Below, one piece after another: positions 1-9,741 of a stretch of 64,000 nt of DNA. The translations under genes and the position numbers were made by a program. The stretch is from Candidatus Poribacteria bacterium (GTDB lineage Bacteria > Poribacteria > WGA-4E > PCPOR2b). A model generated the notes under the pieces. That model was given only the letters and a program-made list of their open reading frames with translations, did no database searches and was not told where the DNA came from. The stretch lies in assembly GCA_965208325.1 (NCBI GenBank), contig OZ242326.1, positions 3,904,001 to 3,968,000 on the forward strand, in the 5' to 3' direction. Numbering within the stretch: position 1 is the first letter of the stretch; each line of letters starts with the position of its first letter.

Positions 1-538
1 CGAATGTCAACGTTTCAGTATCTTCCCCTTCCTCATCAGTTAAATCACCATCTTCTTCAACGGACTTCTGCTTCTTTATCGCACGCGGCGGCGGCAACAG
101 ACAATCCAATAGCCGGTCCTCTACCAGTTCCAGCGCCTTCTCTTTGACAGCATCGGTTTGTTCAGCTCTGACCATGTTGATTGCCAAATCCGTTAAGTCC
201 CGAATCATGGACTCGACATCTCGTCCGACGTAGCCGACTTCCGTGTATTTTGAGGCTTCGACCTTAATAAAAGGAGCGTCAACCAAACGCGCCAAGCGTC
301 GGGCAATTTCAGTTTTACCAATTCCGGTGGAACCAATCATGATAATGTTTTTCGGTGCAACTTCATCCCGCATATCTTCTTCAAGCATCTGTCGTCGAGC
401 CCGGTTGCGGAGCGCAATTGCTACCGCGCGTTTCGCTTCGGACTGCCCGATGATATATTTATCTAGCTCTTCTACAATCTGTTTTGGCGTGAGTGCATCT
501 GCTAGTGTTTTCTTGGGTGAAAGTGACGGTGTCTCCAA
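1..538 (-). CDS. hslU: ATP-dependent protease ATPase subunit HslU (5' part; gene runs off the window)
   Basis: Manual translation from TTG at 538 (GGAGG RBS upstream): METPSL...[31 protein letters not shown]...[22 protein letters not shown]. Lies directly downstream of hslV. Confidence 0.95.
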   Translation of the reverse strand, partial: METPSLSPKKTLADALTPKQIVEELDKYIIGQSEAKRAVAIALRNRARRQMLEEDMRDEVAPKNIIMIGSTGIGKTEIARRLARLVDAPFIKVEASKYTEVGYVGRDVESMIRDLTDLAINMVRAEQTDAVKEKALELVEDRLLDCLLPPPRAIKKQKSVEEDGDLTDEEGEDTETLTF

Positions 539-647
539 ATGTGAACCTCCAGTTTCTTCTTTAGTTTTGGGGTGCCAGCGCAAATGATGTCGGGGGTTTT
601 CTCGCTGAAACTATGTGAGCGCTTAGTTTGAACTAGGTGAATGGTCG

Positions 648-1187
648 CTAAACGTCAATTGACTCAATATCAATCTGCTTGTTGGTATAAATGCAGATAT
701 CGCTTGTAATCTTCATAGCTTCCTCGACAATCCGTGCGGCAGTGAAATCAGAGTGGTTCAATAAGGCTTTAGCGGCTGCGATTGCAATCGACCCGCCCGA
801 TCCAATGGCTAACGTTCCATCATCGGGCGAGATTACGTCCCCGCCGCCCGAAAGTAGATATGCCCCATCGGCGTCCACGGCAATCATCAATGCATCTATG
901 CGCCTGAGAACTCGATCGCTTCGCCAATCCCTGGCTAGCTCGACAGCCGCTCTCCGTAGATTTCCGCGATACTGTTCCAACTTATTCTCTAACTTTTCAT
1001 AAAGCGCAAGCGCATCGGAAGCCGATCCGGCAAATCCCAAAAGGACGCGGTCGTTATATACTTTACGAATTTTTTTGGCGCCGTGTTTAACTGCAATATC
1101 GCCCAAGGTGACCTGCCCATCGCCGCCGATTGCCACCTGTTTACCACGGCGTACACTCAAAATGGTCGTTGATTTAATCTTTGGCAT
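648..1187 (-). CDS. hslV: ATP-dependent protease peptidase subunit HslV
   Basis: STTILSVRR...GDGQVTLG, GFAGS, IGSGG and DICIYTN motifs. Start moved to ATG 1187, just before the catalytic Thr. Confidence 0.96.
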   Translation of the reverse strand: MPKIKSTTILSVRRGKQVAIGGDGQVTLGDIAVKHGAKKIRKVYNDRVLLGFAGSASDALALYEKLENKLEQYRGNLRRAAVELARDWRSDRVLRRIDALMIAVDADGAYLLSGGGDVISPDDGTLAIGSGGSIAIAAAKALLNHSDFTAARIVEEAMKITSDICIYTNKQIDIESIDV

Positions 1188-1192
1188 AAGTC

Positions 1193-1861
1193 TTAGAAAT
1201 AATAAAACAGTAAAAAACCGAATAGTTGCAATGCGCCCATACAAAGCCCGCATCGGAGTCCAGCCACTATCAGATTTTGTCCTCGAAAGTAATACGGGGA
1301 AAGCAAAAAGGTCAACGAAAATGCCATTGGGACAAAGGCTGGAATGGTGCCGACAAAAGGAAAATTCTCAAGGTAACTCGCGTTCCAATTCCACAGTCGG
1401 GCAGACCCGAGTCGATCAAATACAACGCTGCTAAGAAAAACGGCACAAGCTGTAATCACTGCCGCGATATAGGGATATCTCCACTTCAAACTGAGACGGT
1501 GATAAAAATAGATAGTTACGCTTAAAGCTATTAACCAAGTCAATAGCAAACTCAACGGAACCGTGGGCACCCGAATATCGTTAAGACTCAAGTAGAAAAT
1601 CAGATGTTCTTGGTGAACTTTCTGTGAAATATACCAGTCTAACGGCAGGTAGATAATTAAGGAAATCGCACTTGCAATCACGCTGCGCGACAAATTTGAC
1701 GATTCATCCAACCTCCGGAGCACAAAACCGAACACCCCGGATATTATCAGCACGTTCAAATAGAGCAGCCAAATCGACCCTAGTTTGGCGTTAATCAGAA
1801 ACGTCAAAAAGGTCGTAGTAGACGCAATAATGACAGTCTTGTCTGTATGAGTAATTGCCAT
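1193..1861 (-). CDS. Polytopic membrane protein of unknown function
   Basis: 222 aa with about 7 hydrophobic segments. Ends 5 nt before hslV and has a consensus-like promoter upstream. Confidence 0.75.
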   Translation of the reverse strand: MAITHTDKTVIIASTTTFLTFLINAKLGSIWLLYLNVLIISGVFGFVLRRLDESSNLSRSVIASAISLIIYLPLDWYISQKVHQEHLIFYLSLNDIRVPTVPLSLLLTWLIALSVTIYFYHRLSLKWRYPYIAAVITACAVFLSSVVFDRLGSARLWNWNASYLENFPFVGTIPAFVPMAFSLTFLLSPYYFRGQNLIVAGLRCGLCMGALQLFGFLLFYYF

Positions 1862-1908
1862 TGTGGCAGAAACGCAATTTTGTGCAGATTGCGAACCGAG
1901 ATAGTTAC

Positions 1909-1937
1909 ATTATACCGTGTAGCCCTCTTTGCCGCAA
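1909..1937 (-). promoter_or_regulatory. sigma70-type promoter for membrane protein-hslV-hslU
   Basis: TTGCGG-17 nt-TATAAT on the minus strand. Confidence 0.65.
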
Positions 1938-2060
1938 GTCCAAAAACAAAGAGGGTTCGCCATTTGCCCCACCGCTCCTTGCGGTAAAGTGTGCGGACAA
2001 CGTGGTTCTCATTCCGTGTCATCCTACCCGGACGGTGTCGGACGGTAGCCGATTGGCAAT
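1920..2060 (-). ncRNA. Candidate structured small RNA or cis-regulatory leader, family not recognised
   Basis: Starts 7 nt after TGcTATAAT. Nested pairings UUGCCA/UGGCGA, CUACCG/CGGUGG and GGAUGAC/GUUGUCC, followed by a 9-bp hairpin CCCUCUUUG/CAAAGAGGG. Confidence 0.5.
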
Positions 2061-2066
2061 AAGCTG

Positions 2067-2096
2067 ATTATAGCAAAGATTCGGCATTGCGCGCAA
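2067..2096 (-). promoter_or_regulatory. Extended -10 sigma70 promoter driving the candidate RNA
   Basis: TTGCGC-18 nt-TATAAT with a TGn extension. Confidence 0.65.
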
Positions 2097-2128
2097 ATGA
2101 AACTGCAGGTTTAGCCTTAGAAACACGG

Positions 2129-2157
2129 TTGAATTCCACTTCCAGATTTAGTATAAT
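2129..2157 (+). promoter_or_regulatory. sigma70-type promoter
   Basis: TTGAAT-17 nt-TATAAT upstream of ORF 2225. Confidence 0.65.
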
Positions 2158-2224
2158 TATGAAGTGAAATCTCTCAATCTTCGTTCGAAAATCCTAATCC
2201 AATCACACTAAAACGGGAACGGTT

Positions 2225-2521
2225 ATGTATCTCGCTTTCGCGGCAGATAAACAGAATTTCGAACCTTACGAAATTTCTCGAACATTACGAGGACAACTTC
2301 ACTACTTTACTGAAGGTGAGATTCGGGACAGTGAAAAACCCAACGACTATTTTTTCCCGCTCGAGCGCACCGCAGAACTGCTTGATACGGGCGTATTTTA
2401 TCTCGTTTCGCCGCTCGACGATAGAAATCGCGCGGAGATTGAAATCACAGCGGAGCAAGAAGATTTTTTGGAGTGGCTGGTTGCAAATGAGATTGAACGG
2501 ATACGCGTTACAGAAGCATAA
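2225..2521 (+). CDS. Small acidic hypothetical protein
   Basis: 98 aa ATG ORF behind a good promoter, with protein-like composition. Confidence 0.75.
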   Translation: MYLAFAADKQNFEPYEISRTLRGQLHYFTEGEIRDSEKPNDYFFPLERTAELLDTGVFYLVSPLDDRNRAEIEITAEQEDFLEWLVANEIERIRVTEA

Positions 2522-2559
2522 ATGTGCGGATGTGGTGTTCCTGTGTTGCGAGGAATTTT

Positions 2560-3519
2560 ATGGCGTATTATTTGGTCACGGGCGGCTGTGGCTTCATCGC
2601 CTCTCATCTGGTTGAGGCATTGGTGAAACGAAATGAACAGGTTCGTGTATTCGATAACTGTACAACCGGCGCCACAGATAACATAGCGGCGGTAAAGGAT
2701 CAGATTGAGTTTATCAATGGAGATTTGCGGGATTGCGAAGCCGTAGGTAGGGCTGTTGACGGAGTCGATTATATTATGCACCAAGGGGCATTGCCCTCCG
2801 TCGCGAGATCTGTCGCAAACCCAATCCGCAGCAACGATGTGAACATCGGTGGAACATTGAATATCCTTGTTGCTGCGAGGGATGCAGGTGTGAAGCGTGT
2901 TGTTTATGCAGGATCCTCATCTTCTTATGGAAATTTAGCTGTACTTCCAAGATCTGAAAACCTTCCGTCCCAACCAGCTTCACCTTATGCGCTCACCAAG
3001 TACGTTGGAGAGTGTTATTGCCGAATCTTTACCGAAATTTACGGTCTTGAAACTGTTGCATTAAGATATTTCAATATTTTTGGTCCCCGCCAAAATCCAA
3101 ACTCCCCATATTCCGCTGTTATTCCTCGCTTTATTAGCGCCGGTTTAATCGGCGATCCCCCAACGATTGATGGAGACGGAGAACAATCGAGAGATTTTAC
3201 TTACGTCGCAAATGCGGTTCATGCGAATCTCCTCGCCTGTCACGCTGAAGGGGCAGTTGGAACCGTCTTTAACATCGGGTGCGGCGAGCAAACATCAATT
3301 AACCGGCTTGCTGCTCTCATCGGTGAGTTGATGGAGCATAAAATCAAACCCGTTTATGCACCGGCGCGGGTTGGAGATGTTCGGCATTCACGCGCGGACA
3401 TCAGCAAAGCGCAGCGCCTGTTAGGCTATCAACCGAAAGTTAGTCTTAAAGCTGGATTGCGAGAAACTATTGATTGGTTTCGGCACAAACCCATGCCTTC
3501 ATACCCAACGGCAGGATAA
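2560..3519 (+). CDS. NAD-dependent nucleotide-sugar epimerase/dehydratase (extended SDR, WbpP/GalE-like)
   Basis: TGGCGFIAS, YALTK (YxxxK), LRYFNIFGP and GDGEQSRDF motifs. Start set at ATG 2560 after AGGA. Confidence 0.93.
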   Translation: MAYYLVTGGCGFIASHLVEALVKRNEQVRVFDNCTTGATDNIAAVKDQIEFINGDLRDCEAVGRAVDGVDYIMHQGALPSVARSVANPIRSNDVNIGGTLNILVAARDAGVKRVVYAGSSSSYGNLAVLPRSENLPSQPASPYALTKYVGECYCRIFTEIYGLETVALRYFNIFGPRQNPNSPYSAVIPRFISAGLIGDPPTIDGDGEQSRDFTYVANAVHANLLACHAEGAVGTVFNIGCGEQTSINRLAALIGELMEHKIKPVYAPARVGDVRHSRADISKAQRLLGYQPKVSLKAGLRETIDWFRHKPMPSYPTAG

Positions 3520-3596
3520 GTTGTCTATAGCAAGCTTGGTGTGTTCCCGCCATAAAGTGCCGTCCCCGCTTTTTTAAGGTATTTACCATAAAAAAC

Positions 3597-3626
3597 TTGA
3601 AAAAATACGTCTGCTTGTGTTATCAT
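3597..3626 (+). promoter_or_regulatory. Putative sigma70 promoter of moaA
   Basis: TTGAAA-18 nt-TATCAT with a TG extension. Confidence 0.5.
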
Positions 3627-3680
3627 ACCTGCGCAAGCTAAAACAAACGATGTCCTCTTGAAATCGCCGCTTTTATAACG

Positions 3681-4676
3681 ATGAATACCCAGTTAATTGA
3701 CCGTTTCGATAGAATTCATACTAACCTACGCATTTCCGTGACGGACAAGTGTAACCTGCGCTGCATCTACTGTATGCCAGAAGACATGGCGTTCATGGAA
3801 AATGAAGGCATTATGAGCTTCGATGAAATAGTCTACTTGACCCGGGTTTTCGTTGAACTAGGAGTTAATAAAATTCGGATTACAGGCGGTGAGCCGCTAG
3901 TTCGTCCGGGGGTTCCGAATCTCATTAGGCAACTGAGAGGCATTGAAGGGATAAAAGATATTAGCTTGACAACCAATGGCATCGGTTTAGCCAAGCAAGC
4001 AAAGGCGTTATATGATGCCGGACTGCGCCGTATTAACGTCAGTCTTGATACACTGAACGAAGAAAAATTTGAGCAAATGACGCGGCGCAAGATGCTTGCA
4101 AAGACGCTTGAGGGACTAAAAGAAGCACAGCGTTGCGGGTTCAATCCCATAAAAGTGAATGCAGTCGCAATGCGGGGATTTACCGATGACGAAATTATTG
4201 ACCTCGCTCAGTTTGCTCGTGAAAATGCATATCAACTGCGGTTTATTGAATTTATGCCTTTAGATGCGGACGACATTTGGGGGCGCAACATGTTTGTACC
4301 GGGCAAAGCGCTAATCGGTAAAATCAATGAAACCTATCCACTAGCACCAGTTTACACGAATGGAGATGGGAATCATGAACCGGCGGCGCGCTACCGTTAT
4401 TTAGATGGCGGCGGCGAAATTGGGGTCATCGCTTCGGTAAGCGAACCATTTTGCGATCAGTGTAATCGCATACGACTTACTGCCGACGGTAAATTCCGTG
4501 CCTGCCTCTTTTCGCTTACAGAAACCGACCTGTTGACGCCGTTACGTGCAGGATTGCCCAAGAAAAACCTCGCCAATCTCATCATTGACGCCGTAAAACA
4601 GAAAGAAGCAGGCCATAAAATCAATTCAACAGACTTCGTAAAACCTTCACGAAATATGTCCATGATAGGTGGATAG
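3681..4676 (+). CDS. moaA: GTP 3',8-cyclase (molybdenum cofactor biosynthesis)
   Basis: LRISVTDKCNLRCIYC radical SAM motif, FCDQCNRIR...C second cluster, C-terminal MSMIGG. Confidence 0.97.
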   Translation: MNTQLIDRFDRIHTNLRISVTDKCNLRCIYCMPEDMAFMENEGIMSFDEIVYLTRVFVELGVNKIRITGGEPLVRPGVPNLIRQLRGIEGIKDISLTTNGIGLAKQAKALYDAGLRRINVSLDTLNEEKFEQMTRRKMLAKTLEGLKEAQRCGFNPIKVNAVAMRGFTDDEIIDLAQFARENAYQLRFIEFMPLDADDIWGRNMFVPGKALIGKINETYPLAPVYTNGDGNHEPAARYRYLDGGGEIGVIASVSEPFCDQCNRIRLTADGKFRACLFSLTETDLLTPLRAGLPKKNLANLIIDAVKQKEAGHKINSTDFVKPSRNMSMIGG

Positions 4677-4750
4677 TGGCACCACGAAAGGAACCAAGTC
4701 ATTGAACGCTCGGTATCAAAAACAGTGTTCTATGGCGTGTTCGTGCTTTT

Positions 4751-4778
4751 CACTAGCCACTTGCCACTAACCACTGCT
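4751..4778. repeat. Heptamer tandem repeat (CACTnnn x4)
   Basis: CACTAGC CACTTGC CACTAAC CACTGCT, with complementary GTGGATA GTGGCAC at the moaA stop. Confidence 0.6.
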
Positions 4779-4800
4779 TTAAGGAGTTTAACGGACCTTA

Positions 4801-5586
4801 ATGAGCAACAATTTAGTCATTGATAATTTGCACATCAGCGTGGAAGGACAACCCATTATCAAGGGTCTGAATTTGGCGGTCAAGCAGGGAGAGATTCATG
4901 CACTTATGGGACCGAATGGTTCCGGTAAAAGTACGCTCGCAAACGCACTCATGGGGCACCCATTCTACGAAGTAGATTCAGGTGAAGTCACTTTTGATGG
5001 TGAAGATATTCTCGGCTTGGAACCGAATGAACGTGCAAGGCTTGGTCTTTTTCTCGCATTTCAATACCCGACCGCCGTGCCCGGTGTGAGTATGGCGAAT
5101 TTCCTCCGTATGGCCGTCAGCGCGGTGCGTGCTGAAAATTCAAATGGTGGCGAAACGACAGAACTCATTCCAATGCGCGAATTTCGGCGGGAATTGCGCG
5201 ATAAAATGAAGCGGCTCGGCATAGATGAATCGTTCGCCCGACGCTATCTCAACGACGGGTTTTCAGGCGGAGAGAAGAAACGAGCTGAGGTTTTGCAACT
5301 GGCAATGCTCGAACCAAAGATCGCAATTCTTGATGAGACGGATTCTGGATTAGACATTGACGCCGTGCGAATCGTTGGTGAAAGTGTTAGCCAATTGATC
5401 GGATCAGAGTTAGGCGTCTTGATCATTACCCACTATCCACGTCTCCTCAACTATATCCGTCCGGAATTCGTACACATTCTCCTCGATGGTAAAATTGTGG
5501 AATCCGGCGGATGGGAACTCGCCCAACTTTTGGAGGATGAAGGATACGACCCAATACGGGAGAAATACGGAATCGCACCGCTATAA
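4801..5586 (+). CDS. sufC: Fe-S cluster assembly ATPase SufC
   Basis: MGPNGSGKST, FLAFQYP, GFSGGEKKR and LDETDSGLDIDA motifs. Confidence 0.97.
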   Translation: MSNNLVIDNLHISVEGQPIIKGLNLAVKQGEIHALMGPNGSGKSTLANALMGHPFYEVDSGEVTFDGEDILGLEPNERARLGLFLAFQYPTAVPGVSMANFLRMAVSAVRAENSNGGETTELIPMREFRRELRDKMKRLGIDESFARRYLNDGFSGGEKKRAEVLQLAMLEPKIAILDETDSGLDIDAVRIVGESVSQLIGSELGVLIITHYPRLLNYIRPEFVHILLDGKIVESGGWELAQLLEDEGYDPIREKYGIAPL

Positions 5587-5616
5587 TCCATAACCAATAA
5601 TATGCAACAAATTTAA

Positions 5617-5651
5617 TTACGCTTTACTCATTACGCCTTACTCCTTACCCC
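5617..5651. repeat. Heptamer tandem repeat (TTACnCn x5)
   Basis: TTACGCT TTACTCA TTACGCC TTACTCC TTACCCC. Confidence 0.7.
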
Positions 5652-5667
5652 AACGAAAGGACACAAC

Positions 5668-7086
5668 ATGGCTTCACCCAATATGCAAATTCAAGAAAAT
5701 CTTAACGTGGACAGCGAGTATAAGTACGGGTTTCATGATGATATTAAACCTGTCTTCAAATCTCGCAAGGGCATCGATGCTGAAATCATTAACCAGATGT
5801 GCGATGTCAAAGGTGAACCTGACTGGATGCGCCAATATCGGCTGAAAGCTTATGAAATCTTTAAACAAAAGCCGATGATTAAGTGGGGCGGCGATCTCTC
5901 TCAACTCAACTTCGATGACATTTATTATTACGTCAAGGCTTCTGATCGGAGTGAGCGCAGTTGGGATGACGTTCCCGATGACATCAAAAAAACCTTCGAT
6001 CGGCTCGGTATCCCCGAAGCCGAACGGAAGTTCCTCGCTGGCGTCGGTGCGCAATATGATTCGGAAGTTGTCTATCACAACATTGAGGAAGAACTGGATA
6101 AGATTGGTGTGGTCTTCGTCGATACTGACACCGCCGTTCGCGAATATCCCGATCTTGTTAAAGAATATTTCGGGACAGTTATCCCGTCAGCGGATAACCA
6201 GTTTGCCGCACTCAACAGCGCTGTCTGGAGTGGCGGCAGCTTCATCTATGTTCCGCCCGGCGTTAAGGTCGATTATCCACTGCAAGCGTACTTCCGAATC
6301 AACACCGAAAATATGGGGCAGTTTGAACGGACGCTGATTATTGCAGACGAAGGTGCTCAAGTTCACTACGTAGAAGGTTGCACAGCCCCCACATACTCCA
6401 GCGAGTCGCTGCACAGCGCCGTTGTCGAGATTATCTGCAAGAAAGGGTCGCGCGTCCGCTACACCACAATCCAGAACTGGGCAAATAACGTGTATAATCT
6501 TGTTACTAAGCGAGCCGTCGCCTACGAAGATGCCCATATGGAATGGATCGATGGTAACTTAGGATCCAAGCTGACTATGAAGTACCCCAGCGTTTATATG
6601 AAGGGCAAAGGCGCACATGGTGAGATTCTCTCGATCGCTTTTGCGAGCAAAGGTCAGCATCAGGATGCAGGGGGGAAAGTCATTCATTGCGCGCCGAACA
6701 CGACTTCGCGTATCACCTCCAAGTCCATTAGCAAGGACGGTGGACGTTCTAGTTATCGTGGTGAGCTCAAAGTCCTTAAGGGCGCAAACCAGTGTAAATC
6801 TAACGTTGTCTGTGATGCCCTCATCCTTGATGAAGAGTCTCAATCTGACACCTATCCGGTCATCGAAATTGGTGAAAATGACGTAAATATTGGACATGAA
6901 GCGCGTGTCAGCAAGATTGGAGAAGAACAGTTATTCTATCTCATGAGCCGCGGACTTTCCGAAGAGGAGGCCTCGACGATGATTGTTAATGGGTTTATCG
7001 AACCGCTCGTTAAGGAACTTCCAATGGAATATGCGGTGGAGATGAACCGGCTAATCCAACTTCAGATGGAAGGGTCGGTTGGATAG
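5668..7086 (+). CDS. sufB: Fe-S cluster assembly scaffold SufB
   Basis: [31 protein letters not shown]...MEGSVG. No intein. Confidence 0.98.
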   Translation: MASPNMQIQENLNVDSEYKYGFHDDIKPVFKSRKGIDAEIINQMCDVKGEPDWMRQYRLKAYEIFKQKPMIKWGGDLSQLNFDDIYYYVKASDRSERSWDDVPDDIKKTFDRLGIPEAERKFLAGVGAQYDSEVVYHNIEEELDKIGVVFVDTDTAVREYPDLVKEYFGTVIPSADNQFAALNSAVWSGGSFIYVPPGVKVDYPLQAYFRINTENMGQFERTLIIADEGAQVHYVEGCTAPTYSSESLHSAVVEIICKKGSRVRYTTIQNWANNVYNLVTKRAVAYEDAHMEWIDGNLGSKLTMKYPSVYMKGKGAHGEILSIAFASKGQHQDAGGKVIHCAPNTTSRITSKSISKDGGRSSYRGELKVLKGANQCKSNVVCDALILDEESQSDTYPVIEIGENDVNIGHEARVSKIGEEQLFYLMSRGLSEEEASTMIVNGFIEPLVKELPMEYAVEMNRLIQLQMEGSVG

Positions 7087-7098
7087 AAGCAGTCAAAA

Positions 7099-7303
7099 CT
7101 AGCGCGTGTTGACATTTTGGTGGTACTAATGCGACATACAACCTTTTAATTCGCCAAAAACCCAAGTCGGGGGCGATGTCTGACGTATAAGGGCAACCAC
7201 ATGCGTTGCCCCTAAAAGGATTATGTAGGGGCAGGTCTTGTGCCTGCCCAAAAACTTAGGGCATGGAGATGGGTTCAAATTTCCAATTGTCAACAGAAAC
7301 TAG
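7099..7303. mobile_element. Putative non-autonomous MITE (~200 bp) with CTAG flanks and an internal REP-like doublet
   Basis: CTAG-N4-TGTTGACA (7099-7114) ... TGTCAACA-N4-CTAG (7288-7303). No ORF inside. Confidence 0.6.
7191..7249. repeat. Inverted pair of GTAG-type REP-like palindromes
   Basis: 7191-7215 reverse complement is TTAGGGGCAACGCATGTGGTTGCCC; 7225-7249 is GTAGGGGCAGGTCTTGTGCCTGCCC. Confidence 0.75.
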
Positions 7304-7335
7304 TCACGCGCCGCTGCTTTAAATAGGAGACGGAT

Positions 7336-8745
7336 TTGGAGGCGGAGTTTATCAAGAATCCCCAGTGTGCATATGAAGTTCACAAGGGGAATTTCTCACG
7401 GGAATTTGTCGAAAAAATATCCAGCGAGCAGGACGAGCCGCAATGGATGCGTTCGCTTCGATTGGATGCTTATAAACGCTACCAAAGCCTGCCAATGCCT
7501 CATATCACGCCCGATGAGGTGTGGCGCCGGACAGCCGCTATGAGCACCCAAGATTATTGGCGTCGGACAGCGAGAAATATGCGGGGATTGAAGTTAGAGA
7601 AGTATCAACCCGTTGCACTCACCCCAAACGGGAAATTGATGCAATCGGATCCCGTTTTGCCCAACACCAGCGCCGCGCAGGTTCAATCGAACGAGGCATC
7701 AGGCGTAATAGCCGTACAAGATGGCCGCGTTGTAGAACATGCGCTATCGAAGGAACTTGTACGCAAAGGGGTGTACTTTGCAGACATTAATACCGCTTTG
7801 CAGGAACGATCGGATTTCGTCCGCTCATATTTCATGACCAAAGCCGTGAGGATTGATTGGAATAGCTTCGACGCGCTGCACGGAGCCTTCTGGCAAGGAG
7901 GATTCCTGCTGCATGTTCCCAAAGGCGTTGTCGTCGAAATTCCGATGCATGTTTTTATCGCGTTGTCTGAGGCAAATCGCGCCGATCTCGCGCATTCAAT
8001 AATTGTCGCTGACGATTCAAGTCAGATTACCATTGTGGAAGAGCAGCTATCGGCTGACGTTGCGGCGCCCGGATTGCATTGCGGGGCAGTTGAGATTTTT
8101 GTCGGACGAAACGCACAAGTGAATTACGCACAAATTCAGCGCTGGAATCACCAAGTTTGGAACTTTTCAAGTCAACGCGCAATTGTCGATAGAGATGCTG
8201 AATTCCGTTGGATTACAGGCGCTTTAGGCAGCCGCCTTAGCAAGTTGAACCAAGTTTCCGTTCTTGAGGGTGCGGGTTGCCGTGTTGATATGCTCGGGCT
8301 CACGTTCACCCATGCGCGCCAACACATTGATATTCATACATATCAAGAGCATAAAGCCAACCATACAACCAGCGACTTGCTCTACAAATCTGTGCTCAAG
8401 AATCAATCACAATCAGTGTGGAGCGGCATGATTTACGTTCACCCGGAAGGACAGCATACCGACGCGTATCAAAAAAATGATAATTTGGTTTTGAATAAAC
8501 GCGCACATGCCGATACACTTCCCGGTTTAGAGATTAACGCAAACGAGGTGCGTTGCACCCACGGTGCAACGGCTGGTTCCATTGATAAAGAACAGGTGTT
8601 CTACCTCATGAGCCGTGGGTTATCGTATGATCAGGCCGAAAAGATGATTGTCGCTGGCTTTTTTGAGCCGGCAATGGGAAGAATCCCGTTGGTATCTGTT
8701 CGGAAGCAATTGCAGCAATCTGTGACGGACAAACTCGCAATTTAG
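7336..8745 (+). CDS. sufD: Fe-S cluster assembly protein SufD
   Basis: SufBD beta-helix sequence with PGLEINANEVRCTHGAT and FYLMSRG. TTG start with AGGAG RBS. Confidence 0.95.
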   Translation: MEAEFIKNPQCAYEVHKGNFSREFVEKISSEQDEPQWMRSLRLDAYKRYQSLPMPHITPDEVWRRTAAMSTQDYWRRTARNMRGLKLEKYQPVALTPNGKLMQSDPVLPNTSAAQVQSNEASGVIAVQDGRVVEHALSKELVRKGVYFADINTALQERSDFVRSYFMTKAVRIDWNSFDALHGAFWQGGFLLHVPKGVVVEIPMHVFIALSEANRADLAHSIIVADDSSQITIVEEQLSADVAAPGLHCGAVEIFVGRNAQVNYAQIQRWNHQVWNFSSQRAIVDRDAEFRWITGALGSRLSKLNQVSVLEGAGCRVDMLGLTFTHARQHIDIHTYQEHKANHTTSDLLYKSVLKNQSQSVWSGMIYVHPEGQHTDAYQKNDNLVLNKRAHADTLPGLEINANEVRCTHGATAGSIDKEQVFYLMSRGLSYDQAEKMIVAGFFEPAMGRIPLVSVRKQLQQSVTDKLAI

Positions 8746-8818
8746 AGATTAGGCATTGGGTATTTGACCCGCTGCCAAATACAATTAACTAATTTTTAAT
8801 AAAGAAAGGAAACAAAAA

Positions 8819-9199
8819 ATGAGTCAACCTAAGATTACCGCCTATATGAAACCCGTCTGTGGTTGGAGCAATGGCGTTCGCGCGATTTTCCAAAAATACG
8901 GTTTAGAATACGAAGACAGAGACATTATCAACAACGCCGACAACTATCGGGAAATGGTGGAAAAGAGCGGGCAGCCCCTTCAGCCAACCATTGAGATTGA
9001 TGGTGCAATCATCGCCGATGTGAGCGGCGATGAAGTCGAAGCGTATCTCCTCGAAAAAGGATTCGTACAACCGAGCGACGCTGACGTTGGTGTACCAACG
9101 GATCAAGCATGCGCCGATCACGGTGACGTCGCGGTAAACATCGATCAGCCGCAAAGTAGACTGTCTAAGTGGGCGAGCAACTTTCTGTCAAAGTCTTGA
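8819..9199 (+). CDS. Monothiol-type glutaredoxin-like protein (CGWS)
   Basis: KPVCGWS active site, cis-Pro region QPTIEIDG, AAGGA RBS. Confidence 0.85.
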   Translation: MSQPKITAYMKPVCGWSNGVRAIFQKYGLEYEDRDIINNADNYREMVEKSGQPLQPTIEIDGAIIADVSGDEVEAYLLEKGFVQPSDADVGVPTDQACADHGDVAVNIDQPQSRLSKWASNFLSKS

Positions 9200-9423
9200 T
9201 GTCGCCACCTATCGTAGGGGGGCGTCTTCCCCGCATGGGTGATAACGCATCGAATTGCAATTCCTCGTCGTCAACTGCGTAGGTTCTAACACGCATTAAA
9301 ATTCGAAAAATTGATGTCCTACTCGTGGCTCACATCATCGACTATACGCTGCACGATAGTTGATACTTGTAGGTTGGGTTGTGACTGCTCGCAAAACCCG
9401 ACTTTTTTCTTAATCACGGGGAA

Positions 9424-9640
9424 TGTCCCAAAAACGAAATCCCCGATTTTAGGGCACAAAAGGGCACAAAAGGACACTTTAAGACACACTGCGGTCGACT
9501 CGTTGCGAAAAACACAAAACATGCCGCCGACCTAGTGTTTGACGTGATTCTGAAGCCATCGGAGATTCTAAAATTAAGCGAAATCTTGCCGCTGGGAAAA
9601 AGTGTCCCCAAAAACCTAGTCGCTCGGTAGGGACACTTTT
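9424..9640. repeat. Phased 10-bp direct repeat array plus 11-bp inverted repeat sharing a GGRCAC core
   Basis: AGGGCACAAA AGGGCACAAA AGGACACTTT AAGACACACT (9451-9490); AAAAGTGTCCC (9598-9608) / GGGACACTTTT (9630-9640); TGTCCC(C)AAAAAC at 9424 and 9603. Confidence 0.7.
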
Positions 9641-9741
9641 GGAAACTGCGAAAAGCGACGTACTTAGGTATAGGTTGGATTGTGCGTAATCCATATACAC
9701 AATCGGACAACGGCAATTGGTTGTCGTAATTGGAGGTGTGC

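Noticed and set aside
9197..9217. Glutaredoxin stop TGA followed by TGT as a possible C-terminal UC motif
   Set aside because: The extension is only a few codons, has no redox-motif context, and runs into a degenerate GTAG repeat-like sequence.
9451..9490. Repeat array as CRISPR
   Set aside because: 10-bp abutting units with no spacers and no cas genes in the window.
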